Source of the DNA: a virus
Lineage: Duplodnaviria > Caudoviricetes
DNA: 64,000 bases
Virus record (IMG/VR): IMGVR_UViG_3300001598_002233
Coordinates: 1 to 64,000 of that record
Strand: one strand, 5' to 3'
How positions within the stretch are numbered: the stretch's first letter is position 1; each line of letters begins with the position of its first letter. Below the pieces are notes generated by a model that saw nothing but the letters and a program-made list of their open reading frames with translations, was not told the origin of the DNA and made no database searches. Positions 1 through 8,785 of this stretch are shown here, one piece after another. The translations under genes and the position numbers were made by a program.

Positions 1-69
1 GGAGGGAAGAGGTAACGAACCCGATGAATCGCTGAGATAGAAAGTTGGTATCAACAAGTATATCATTCC
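1..69 (+). repeat. Copy 1 (probably 5'-truncated by window edge) of 69-nt intergenic repeat / candidate structured RNA
   Basis: 67/69 identical to 15639-15707; both copies lie just upstream of a start codon. Confidence 0.9.
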
Positions 70-83
70 CTAAAACAAAGAAT

Positions 84-491
84 ATGGAAAGCACAGAAAA
101 GTTAGAGAAGCGTTTTTTTGAGTTTAATCCTTTAACTTGCAATCGTTTTATTGTAAGTTTACCTGAAAAACTGGATATTAATGAATTCTACATAAAAGGA
201 TTCAATGTTAATACTCATAGTTATACTATAAGCGTGGAGGTGATTGAAACGGTGGAAAAAAACATTAGGGATAGTTATTATAACTATGAAGATACAAACG
301 CACTTATTAAAGGTGGGGACATTGTAATTGAATATTTAAATGAGCGTGGTAGTGTTGTGAGAAAGGAGAAATATTCTGATGTAAGTTATTTAGGACAAGA
401 ATATGGAGGAGGAAATTACGATTCATTTGAAGCAATAAAAACATCTTTAGTGTTTAGATACGGAAGGAGAGAAAATGTCGCAACCAATTAA
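84..491 (+). CDS. Tail tube (T4 gp19-like) fold protein, 135 aa
   Basis: NRFIV near N-terminus and C-terminal pattern DIVIEYLNERGSVVRKEKY...GGGNYDSFEAIKTSLVFRY resemble tail-tube proteins; ATG at 84 preferred over the GTG/TTG-type start at 45, which lies inside the repeat. Confidence 0.55.
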   Translation: MESTEKLEKRFFEFNPLTCNRFIVSLPEKLDINEFYIKGFNVNTHSYTISVEVIETVEKNIRDSYYNYEDTNALIKGGDIVIEYLNERGSVVRKEKYSDVSYLGQEYGGGNYDSFEAIKTSLVFRYGRRENVATN

Positions 492-975
492 GAAAAACGG
501 AACATATCAAAAGCCCCGTTCAAAAACGGTAAAGAAAAGGGCTTTAACAAAGAGCGAAATCATAAAAAAGAATATCATTAGAAGTAAAAAGCCACACCCT
601 AAATATGGAACTTCCAAGTTGGAAGATAAGTTTGCTAAAGAATTTTTAGATAAATTAGGCGTTCCGTATGAAAGGCAATTTGAAGCCAAGGATATAAAAC
701 GATTTTACGATTTCAAAGTTGGGAATAGGGTGTTACTGGAAATTGATGGAGATTACTTTCATGGATTTAACAAACTTTATGAGGAGAAAAACCCAATGCA
801 GAAACATAATGCGCGTGTGGATGAAATTAAAAACGAGTGGGCAAGGGCTCATGGGTACATTTTAGTTAGAATATGGGAGCATGATATAAACAATAACTCT
901 ACAAGAGTAATGAAAGAACTTAAGGAGTTTTTAAATATAGATAATAAGAAAAATGATAAGAATAAAAGGCACTAA
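475..975 (+). CDS. Vsr/DUF559-like PD-(D/E)XK endonuclease with basic N-terminus
   Basis: SKLEDKF...FYDF...LLEIDGDYFHG...DEIKNEWARAHGYILVRIWEHDI motif series. Confidence 0.8.
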   Translation: MSQPIKKNGTYQKPRSKTVKKRALTKSEIIKKNIIRSKKPHPKYGTSKLEDKFAKEFLDKLGVPYERQFEAKDIKRFYDFKVGNRVLLEIDGDYFHGFNKLYEEKNPMQKHNARVDEIKNEWARAHGYILVRIWEHDINNNSTRVMKELKEFLNIDNKKNDKNKRH

Positions 976-978
976 GAT

Positions 979-2253
979 ATGGCGATTACAAAACAAGATG
1001 AATTAAACCAATTAAAGGTTATTAAAGCTTCATATGATATGTACGAGGAAACGAAAAAGACTACTATCAATAATATGAAGAAAAAGAAGAACGCTGATGG
1101 AAGTAAAAGGTTCACGCAGGAAGATATTGATGCTGAAATTCAATTAATAGAAACTGCACAAGCAGAATTATTAGGAAAATATCAACTTTTCGGAGGGGAC
1201 CCAAGCGAGTTGGCTAAGAAAAAGTCTCATAGTAAAAAGTCAGCATCTGCAGAAATTGATGAAATTGAAGCAATACAGGAAAAGAGGATTAATAAACAGA
1301 AGGAGTCATTAAGTGAAACTTCTACCTTAATTGAAAAAGTTGTTGAGGTTAATAAAAACGACTATGCAATTCAAGCATCATATGACCTTATTCCGTTACC
1401 TTCAAAGGGAGAATGCTATAAGAATAAGATGGGAAAACTACCTGTTGCATATCTTACAGCATATGATGAAAATATGATTATTGCACCTAATCTTTATCGT
1501 GACAATCTCATTATTGACACAATACTTAAAGAAAAGGTTCTTAATGATACAATTGATGTGGGTGACCTTCTTGAGGGTGATAGGGATGCAATAATTTTAT
1601 TCCTCCGTGCAAATGGCTATGGCAATGAATATCCAATCACAGCAACAGACGGTGAAACTGGTGAAGAGTTTAATGCTACCGTTGATTTATCACAACTTAA
1701 ATTCAAGGAATTCAATCTTAAGGGTGACGACAATGGATGGTTTGATTTCACATTGCCAGTTTCAAAGAAAGAAGTGAAGTTTAGGTTCTTAACTCATAAT
1801 GATATTAAGTGGCTTAATGCAAAGGAAGATGCTGAGGAGAAGAAAATTGCAAAGGCTAATGTTAAGAGGATGGCAAAAGACCTTGATGTAATTTTTAAAG
1901 ATAATTCAGATATGGATGCTGCAAAGAAGGGTAAGATTAGACAAGCCATAAATACGATTGAAGAATGGGGTGATGAAATGGAAGAGGATAATACGCTTTA
2001 TACACATTCAGTTACTAACAGACTTGAATTGTCTATTATGTCAATTGATAATGTAACAGATAGGAAAATTATCAGAGAGTTTGTTAGAAATATGAATGTT
2101 AGGGATTCTGCTGCATTAAGAAAATACATTAAGGCAAATGAGCCTGGTATTGACTACAATATTAAGGTGGAAAAACCTGAGAGTCTTGGAGGTGGCTCGA
2201 TGTCATTGTTTCTGCAACTTGACCAATATGTTTTTCTCAATATTACCGAATGA
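979..2253 (+). CDS. T4 gp26-like baseplate hub / tail assembly chaperone
   Basis: IPLPSKG..Y, YLTAYDENMI, DLLEGDRDAIILFLRANGYGNEY, VDLSQL motifs; sits upstream of tape measure gene. Confidence 0.75.
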   Translation: MAITKQDELNQLKVIKASYDMYEETKKTTINNMKKKKNADGSKRFTQEDIDAEIQLIETAQAELLGKYQLFGGDPSELAKKKSHSKKSASAEIDEIEAIQEKRINKQKESLSETSTLIEKVVEVNKNDYAIQASYDLIPLPSKGECYKNKMGKLPVAYLTAYDENMIIAPNLYRDNLIIDTILKEKVLNDTIDVGDLLEGDRDAIILFLRANGYGNEYPITATDGETGEEFNATVDLSQLKFKEFNLKGDDNGWFDFTLPVSKKEVKFRFLTHNDIKWLNAKEDAEEKKIAKANVKRMAKDLDVIFKDNSDMDAAKKGKIRQAINTIEEWGDEMEEDNTLYTHSVTNRLELSIMSIDNVTDRKIIREFVRNMNVRDSAALRKYIKANEPGIDYNIKVEKPESLGGGSMSLFLQLDQYVFLNITE

Positions 2254-2497
2254 GTATGAACGACAATTAAAAGAGGAAATTTGGGGCTGCTTTAAGCATA
2301 TAGGAATTCCTTTTGATACAATAATGTCAATGCCTATACAAGACCGTAGGTTCTATATAATGAAACATAATATGGAACAAGAGGCAATAAATAAGGAATT
2401 ACATAAATCAAATGAGTCCTCTTATAATGGCAATGGTGACTTAAATAGTTTTGCTCAATTAGAGCAATCAAACGCAAAAGTTAGAAACGGACAATGA
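2228..2497 (+). CDS. Small tail/baseplate assembly chaperone partner (gp51-like or gpT-like), 89 aa
   Basis: LKEEIWGCFKHIGIPFDTIMSMPIQDRRFYI pattern typical of the second chaperone ORF preceding tape measure; overlaps upstream gene by 26 nt. Confidence 0.6.
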   Translation: MFFSILPNEYERQLKEEIWGCFKHIGIPFDTIMSMPIQDRRFYIMKHNMEQEAINKELHKSNESSYNGNGDLNSFAQLEQSNAKVRNGQ

Positions 2498-2515
2498 ATT
2501 TGTCCGTTTTTTTGT
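2485..2515 (+). terminator. Intrinsic terminator
   Basis: aaacggacaa-tgaat-ttgtccgttt hairpin followed by T-run. Confidence 0.8.
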
Positions 2516-2536
2516 TTCAAGAAATCAATAGCAAGA

Positions 2537-2544
2537 TATTTATA
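2537..2544 (+). promoter_or_regulatory. TATTTATA motif (candidate late promoter)
   Basis: Same (C)TATTTAT core recurs shortly upstream of 7 genes in this window. Confidence 0.5.
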
Positions 2545-2564
2545 TACGATAAATTATATGCCTT

Positions 2565-5500
2565 ATGAGTGATACATCGAGAGATGATATGGTTAAAAGA
2601 CTGGACAAGTTAATAGAAATAATGTCCAAGCAAAATAGGAATACCTCTAACAGTGCAGGTAGGGGCTCTTATTCTTATGATATAGATGACTTTATAACAG
2701 ATACAGAGGAAAAAAATGAACGATTAAGAAAACAGATTTCTGAAAGCAGAAGCCTCATTAAGTCTTATTTCTCTGATATGAATGAAACCTCAAGAAGAAT
2801 TGGAGATTTAGCCAATAAAACAAAGGAATCAGCCAAAAGTTTTGAGGAGGCACAGAAGGAATATCAGGAGGCTCTTAAAAAAAGCAAATTAACTGACAAG
2901 CAGGTTAAAGACTATGCTGATAAGAAGAAAAGGGAAGAGCAGTTAACGAGGAAAAAGAATAGTGGAACTGCTAATTCAGAAGAACTCAAGGAGTTAAGAG
3001 CAGTACAAAAAGAGTTAAAAGATGTTAAATCTAAATATGAAGACATAGATAGACTTAATGAGGCAAGGTTAATTGTATTAGGTAAAGAAAACAAATATCT
3101 TAAAAAGAATAAAGAACAGATAGATGAATCTCGTGCGGCAATCAAGCAAGGATTTAATGAAATCAAGCAAGGTTTCAATCAAGTACATGCCGTTGCAAAA
3201 GACTTTATGTCTGTTTGGGGTAAGATAGACCAATCAGCATCCAAGTTTGCAAAATCCATTGGTATAAGTGTCAATGGAATGAACCAATTAAGGAAAAGTT
3301 CAATAAACGCTGTTGCACAAGGAAGACTTGGGGCAAAGTATAATCTCAGTGCAGAGGAACTTATTGAATTGCAAGGCAATTATTCTCGTCAAATAGGACG
3401 TAATGTCCGAATGTCAGGTGTTGACCAAGAAAACATGGCTGCGTTAAACGCCTTAATGGGTGAGAACGGAATGAAGTTAGCAACCAGTCTTGAGAATTTC
3501 GGACTTTCTTATACAGAGGCAGCAGCCAAGGCAGGAAAAATGTTCAAGACTGCGAGTGAATATGGCGTTAGTTTTGAAAAGTATGCAGAAAATGTTCAAG
3601 AAGGCCTCAGTATAGCACAGAATTACACATTTGCCAATGGTATCAAGGGAATGCAGGAGATGGCGAAGAAAGCCACTGCTATTAAACTTGATATGAAGCA
3701 AATATCTTCATTTGCGGATAAGGTTAATTCAGTACAAGGTGCAATCGAAACAGGTGCAAAACTTCAAGTATTGGGAGGTCCTTTTGCTCAAATGGGCGAC
3801 CCTCTTGGAATGTTAAGCGATAGTATTAACAATGTAGAAGGGCTATTAGATAGATTCACCAAGATGACAGGTGGATTAGGGCGTTTTGACGCAGAAAAGG
3901 GCGAAGTAACGGTTTCAGCATTCAATAAGAGGAGATTACAAGTTGCTGCAGAGGCAATGGGAATGTCCTATGATGAGGTGATGAAGAGTGTGCAAGCCCA
4001 AGGCCGTCAAAATTATGTTGGAAGTATTATTGGAAATAGATATAGTAAGGAAGATACAGATTTCCTTAAGAATATTGCTACAATTGAAAATGGACAGGCC
4101 AGAGTATCTTATACAGATGAAAATGGACAAACAAAGAGCGTCAATCTTTCTGAGCGAGACTTAACGGCGAAGGAATTAAAGGCGATTAAGAAGGAAAATC
4201 AATCAGAAAGCGAGGATGTAAAGGATATTGCAAGGCAATTGCGAGGATGGGAAGATGTTAGAGAAGGATTTAAGAAACAGTTTGAAAATACCAAGGCCCA
4301 ATGGATGGAGAAATCTGGCATTGGAAAATTGGTTAAATCAACAGTTACAAGCATAGGAACAAGTAATCTCCTTTTAGGGGGTATATTAGGAGTACTTACT
4401 GCGTGGAAAGTTGGCGGCGGCTTGTTAGGAATGGGGAAAGGCGTTTCTAATACCATTACAGGGGCACGAGGGATGAGAGGTGCTTTACCAACAACAGCGA
4501 AATCATCGTCTAAAGCAGTATCAGCAAGTAAAAACGCCAGTATTTTTGGGAAAACAGTTGGAAAAGGTACTAAAAATGTGGTGAATGTTGCAAGAGACGG
4601 TAAATATCTGCTTGCAGAAACAGCAGAAGGTACTTTAGTAAGTGGTGGTAAGGCTATGGGGGCGATGACTAAAACAGCATTAAAGAGTGGGGGGGCTATT
4701 GCTTCTGGAGTTATTAGTGGATTAATAACAGGATTCGAGGAATTTGGTGGGGACAATAACCACTCAACAGCAAAGAAGGCAGGAAAAACTGCGGGCTCTT
4801 CATTAGGAGGATGGGGAGGTGCTGCAGCAGGTGCTGCAATAGGAAGTGCTATTGCACCTGGTGTGGGTACAGTGATAGGAGGAATAATTGGTGGGTTAGG
4901 TGGCAGTGAATTAGGAAAATGGATTGGAGGAGGCCTTGCAAGTGATAAGCGTAGGGATAAGTTCAAAAATCTACTTGAATTAGATGAACTTAAAGGGGAT
5001 TATAGTGTAAGAGAACTTAAGGCAATAAAGAGTGGAAATATTTCTGAAAAATTAAGAGATAAAATTAAGAAGAGGGGAGACGGTGAGGTCTTAGAAAAAA
5101 TAGAAAATGCAAAAATGTATGCTGGCACTGTCTATCTTTCACCTGAAAAGGTTAAAAGGGCAAAAGGACGCAATAATGAAATGGCTGAAGGAGGATTGCT
5201 TTATGGGCCTTCACACGGAAGAGGAGGAATGCCTATACTTGGTTCTAACATTGAGGTTGAAGGTGGCGAATATGTTGTTAATAAGCGTTCAGCAGCCAAG
5301 AATATTGATATACTTAATGCAATCAACAAAATGGGGAATGGAGGTAGAATTATGCCCCGTAGAATGGAGACAGGAGGTGCTTTAGAGGTTGCACCCAAGA
5401 CAGCAAGTTCAGTCGCAAATATAGGCCCTCAAAGCATTAATATCAATATTAATGGAAGTATTAAATTAGAAGGAAAGAATGGACAAAGTGCAGACATCAC

Positions 5501-5612
5501 AAATGAACTATTGAAAGATTCTGGTTTCATCAGAAATATCACTAAGATGATAGAAGAACAAATGGGTATTAATAAGACTGGTGGTAGAGTTGTAAACAAA
5601 GGTTTGTATTGA
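2565..5612 (+). CDS. Tape measure protein, 1015 aa
   Basis: Long helical/coiled-coil protein, Gly/Ala-rich hydrophobic segment GGWGGAAAGAAIGSAIAPGVGTVIGGIIGGLGG, C-terminal MAEGG...GPSH..GG...EGGEYVVN motif; follows chaperone pair. Confidence 0.85.
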   Translation: MSDTSRDDMVKRLDKLIEIMSKQNRNTSNSAGRGSYSYDIDDFITDTEEKNERLRKQISESRSLIKSYFSDMNETSRRIGDLANKTKESAKSFEEAQKEYQEALKKSKLTDKQVKDYADKKKREEQLTRKKNSGTANSEELKELRAVQKELKDVKSKYEDIDRLNEARLIVLGKENKYLKKNKEQIDESRAAIKQGFNEIKQGFNQVHAVAKDFMSVWGKIDQSASKFAKSIGISVNGMNQLRKSSINAVAQGRLGAKYNLSAEELIELQGNYSRQIGRNVRMSGVDQENMAALNALMGENGMKLATSLENFGLSYTEAAAKAGKMFKTASEYGVSFEKYAENVQEGLSIAQNYTFANGIKGMQEMAKKATAIKLDMKQISSFADKVNSVQGAIETGAKLQVLGGPFAQMGDPLGMLSDSINNVEGLLDRFTKMTGGLGRFDAEKGEVTVSAFNKRRLQVAAEAMGMSYDEVMKSVQAQGRQNYVGSIIGNRYSKEDTDFLKNIATIENGQARVSYTDENGQTKSVNLSERDLTAKELKAIKKENQSESEDVKDIARQLRGWEDVREGFKKQFENTKAQWMEKSGIGKLVKSTVTSIGTSNLLLGGILGVLTAWKVGGGLLGMGKGVSNTITGARGMRGALPTTAKSSSKAVSASKNASIFGKTVGKGTKNVVNVARDGKYLLAETAEGTLVSGGKAMGAMTKTALKSGGAIASGVISGLITGFEEFGGDNNHSTAKKAGKTAGSSLGGWGGAAAGAAIGSAIAPGVGTVIGGIIGGLGGSELGKWIGGGLASDKRRDKFKNLLELDELKGDYSVRELKAIKSGNISEKLRDKIKKRGDGEVLEKIENAKMYAGTVYLSPEKVKRAKGRNNEMAEGGLLYGPSHGRGGMPILGSNIEVEGGEYVVNKRSAAKNIDILNAINKMGNGGRIMPRRMETGGALEVAPKTASSVANIGPQSINININGSIKLEGKNGQSADITNELLKDSGFIRNITKMIEEQMGINKTGGRVVNKGLY

Positions 5613-5643
5613 TAATTAAGAAAAAAGAAATTATATTAAGGAT

Positions 5644-8478
5644 ATGGCAAGAGTATATGCAGCATTGGCTTCAACAGCAATAGACCCTTCACAATATGAT
5701 ATTAGTAATAGTGGTCTATACACGAAGCAGGTCTATAATTTATTAAACAGGAAAATTGGTAACACCTTATACATTAAGAATATGGTGTTTAAGGACGCTG
5801 CGTTGTTAAAAAACCCTCTAAAGAGAAGGTATCAGGACCTTCCTAATGCACAGAGTACAATAGGAAGTCCTTATATTGGAGAAAGATATAACATATATGA
5901 AAATCTTGGAAGGCAAATAGTCTTCCTTGATGATGTGGATGGCCTTACGGGATTTACTTTCAAGAATGGGTTTGAAACCATTCAGAATACGAGCGTTATT
6001 GCTAATATGGAAGAAGTTGCTAAGGGTAACGCCATATTATTTTCAAATTATGGGGAAGGGGATTCGGTATATAATGTTAGTGCTGAACTAAATAAAATAA
6101 AATTTTTAGATGAAGAATTAACAGATAAGGTTCTGTATAAGCCCCATAGGGATTTAAGAGGGTATTCCATTGATAGTCCTTTAATTTTAAGAGGGGAATT
6201 TGGTGAAACCAGAGAGGTAAAGGATAGTAGAAATATTTATTCGTGGTATAATGAGAATGGTGGAATAAAGAGTACTGAAAATAATACTTTAGAGTTTGAT
6301 AGTGTTTATTCTATTGATGCGAGCGAAATTAATACTAGAAGTCTTCTTTATAGAACAAATCAATTATTTTCTCAAGGTAAGATACATTCTTTGGTTAGCA
6401 GAATGGCTAATGAGAAAGGTGGTGTTACCAGAGGAAGAAATTTAAAGAACGCAAAGGGGCAGTATAGTAGAGTATGGACAATAAACAACCAATACACTAA
6501 ATTAAAGCAAACAATTAGGCCCAAGGATGAAGATGGAAATATTATAGGATTAGCTGATTATCAAAATCAGAAATTGAATATTACTTCGTTTAGGCCATTT
6601 AACGGGGCAAGTAGATTAGAGAAAATGGGTACTATGATGCCCAATGGAATGCCTAAGATTGCCCCTACGACAAAAGAGGATATTAAAAAATGTATGTTCT
6701 CCATCGAAAATCTTGCATGGAAAGATGTTCTCACAGCAGATAATAAAAATGTTTTAAAAGATGGGCAAAAGGGTCCTAATGGGGGACGAGTAATGTGGTT
6801 TCCTCCGTATAATTTAAAGTTTAGTGAGAATGTATCTGTAAATTGGGAGGGCTCTGACTTTATTGGAAGGGGTGAGAAGATTTATACTTATAACAATACA
6901 GATAGAGGTGGGCAATTAGAGTTCACCATATTAGTGGACCATCCATCTGCCATAGACAAGTGGGGAAGATATGCAGATGAGAATGTGAAGGAAAATGAGG
7001 AACAATTGTTGAGATTTTTTTCTGGTGAAGATAATCTAATAAGTTATATCGCTAATTCTAAAAATAATGTACAGGAAGAAACAGCCAGCCCTTCAACAGA
7101 TGCTCAGCCAACAAAAGAACCATTTACGATTAAATATTGGCTATTTTTCCCTTGGGGATTATCTGGATATGATTGGATGACACGGCCAAGCGAATTGCTT
7201 CAATATTTATGGGGAGGAAAAGGTAGTGGTGCAGGATATGAAAAGGGGAATGGGGTTCATTTAGTATCGGCTTTATCTGACGAATTAAAAAAGAAGGGGT
7301 GGAAATATGAGACTGATTTATCAAATATAAATGTAACAGATGTCAGCAAAGAAGATACAGCGTCGTATGGCTTTAATAATACAGACGATTTTTATAATAA
7401 AATAATAAACACAGGAAGTACATTATTAAGGGAATCTGTTGAATGCTCGGAATTATCAAAGAATGAAATTCAAGATACAATTTTCTCATTTGAAGACCTT
7501 ATAAATGGAGACCTATATTCTAAAATAAATCTTTCTGGATATAGTGAAGATTATGATGTAAAGATAAAAGTTAAGGGATATGATGATGTTAGCCAGACAA
7601 CTGCAGACGATAGAGGTAGGTTTATATATAGATGGCTTTTAAAACAGCAATTAACTGATGCTGAGAATATATCTTATGAGAAGGGAGAATTGCTTGATAC
7701 TGGGTTTGCGGATAAGGTAAATTCAGAGGAATCAAAACTCGCAAGAAGGGTATGTGTGGAAGTTGATTTTATCCCCAAGGCAGAAATAAAACCAAATATT
7801 GGCGGGGAGGATGCTTTTGAGGAAATTTTCGCACAAGCACAAGAAGAAACAAATAGGGCAGTCGAGGAGGCCCTTGCAAGCATTAGCAATATTATTCCTG
7901 TTGTTGATGTGGAAAATGGTGAGAATGAATATAATTATTTCAAAGACTTAACAACAGAAGACCCTATTGTAATTAAGAACATTGTTAAAAAAGTGAAATA
8001 TTTCAGTCCTGCGTTCCATAGTATTACGCCAGAAGGGTATAATTCAAGATTGACCTTCTTACATCAATGTACAAGACAAGGACCTACTAATATAGGTGAT
8101 AGTACCAAGGCGGGGAATCTTGCATTCGGAAGACCGCCAGTATGTGTATTAAGGATAGGGGATTTTTATAATACAAAAATTATAATTGAATCAATGAGCA
8201 TAACCTATGAATCAGATGGGGGAATTCAGTGGGATATGAATCAAGAAGGTATAGGTTTACAGCCAATGTTGGCAAATATATCAATTGGTTTTAAGTTTCT
8301 TGGGGGAAGTGACCTTGGAGGCCCTATTGCAAGGCTTCAAAATGCAGTATCTGAGAATTTCTTCGCCAATACAAGTGTATATAGTGAAAGGGCTGATTAT
8401 AGAGAATCAGATAGTACAAAAACGAAGGTAATAAATATAACAGAAGCAAATCCAACACACCAGGAATATGAGTTATAA
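5644..8478 (+). CDS. Baseplate / tail-tube initiator protein (gp48/gp54-like domains), 944 aa
   Basis: FSENVSVNWEGSDFIGRGEKIYTYNNTDRGGQLEFTILVD and GRPPVCVLRIGDFYNTKIIIESMSITYE motifs; position after tape measure. Confidence 0.6.
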   Translation: MARVYAALASTAIDPSQYDISNSGLYTKQVYNLLNRKIGNTLYIKNMVFKDAALLKNPLKRRYQDLPNAQSTIGSPYIGERYNIYENLGRQIVFLDDVDGLTGFTFKNGFETIQNTSVIANMEEVAKGNAILFSNYGEGDSVYNVSAELNKIKFLDEELTDKVLYKPHRDLRGYSIDSPLILRGEFGETREVKDSRNIYSWYNENGGIKSTENNTLEFDSVYSIDASEINTRSLLYRTNQLFSQGKIHSLVSRMANEKGGVTRGRNLKNAKGQYSRVWTINNQYTKLKQTIRPKDEDGNIIGLADYQNQKLNITSFRPFNGASRLEKMGTMMPNGMPKIAPTTKEDIKKCMFSIENLAWKDVLTADNKNVLKDGQKGPNGGRVMWFPPYNLKFSENVSVNWEGSDFIGRGEKIYTYNNTDRGGQLEFTILVDHPSAIDKWGRYADENVKENEEQLLRFFSGEDNLISYIANSKNNVQEETASPSTDAQPTKEPFTIKYWLFFPWGLSGYDWMTRPSELLQYLWGGKGSGAGYEKGNGVHLVSALSDELKKKGWKYETDLSNINVTDVSKEDTASYGFNNTDDFYNKIINTGSTLLRESVECSELSKNEIQDTIFSFEDLINGDLYSKINLSGYSEDYDVKIKVKGYDDVSQTTADDRGRFIYRWLLKQQLTDAENISYEKGELLDTGFADKVNSEESKLARRVCVEVDFIPKAEIKPNIGGEDAFEEIFAQAQEETNRAVEEALASISNIIPVVDVENGENEYNYFKDLTTEDPIVIKNIVKKVKYFSPAFHSITPEGYNSRLTFLHQCTRQGPTNIGDSTKAGNLAFGRPPVCVLRIGDFYNTKIIIESMSITYESDGGIQWDMNQEGIGLQPMLANISIGFKFLGGSDLGGPIARLQNAVSENFFANTSVYSERADYRESDSTKTKVINITEANPTHQEYEL

Positions 8479-8779
8479 TAGATATACATTGTTTAATTCA
8501 AATGGGGAGATAGAATCAGTTCCATTTGGAAAAATTCCCGTAAAGGATAGTGATTTTTATGAGACATACCAAAGGGGCAAGACAAGATTAGATATTTTGT
8601 CATATAACTATTATAAAGATAGTAGTTATGGGTGGCTTATTCTTCAAGCAAACCCAGAATATGGTGCATTGGAGTTTGATATTCCTGACGGGGTAACTTT
8701 GAGAATTCCTTATCCCTTAAATACAAGTATTACAGATTACGAGAATTCGATTAAAGAATATAAAGAACTATACAAGTAA
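8468..8779 (+). CDS. LysM/gp53-like baseplate protein
   Basis: TRLDILSYNYYKDSSYGWLILQANP...IPDGVTLRIP motif. Confidence 0.75.
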   Translation: MSYNRYTLFNSNGEIESVPFGKIPVKDSDFYETYQRGKTRLDILSYNYYKDSSYGWLILQANPEYGALEFDIPDGVTLRIPYPLNTSITDYENSIKEYKELYK

Positions 8780-8785
8780 AAAGAT

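Noticed and set aside
4199-4966. 255-aa minus-strand ORF
   Set aside because: Antisense shadow of the Gly/Ala-rich part of the tape measure gene; Pro-rich, no independent signals
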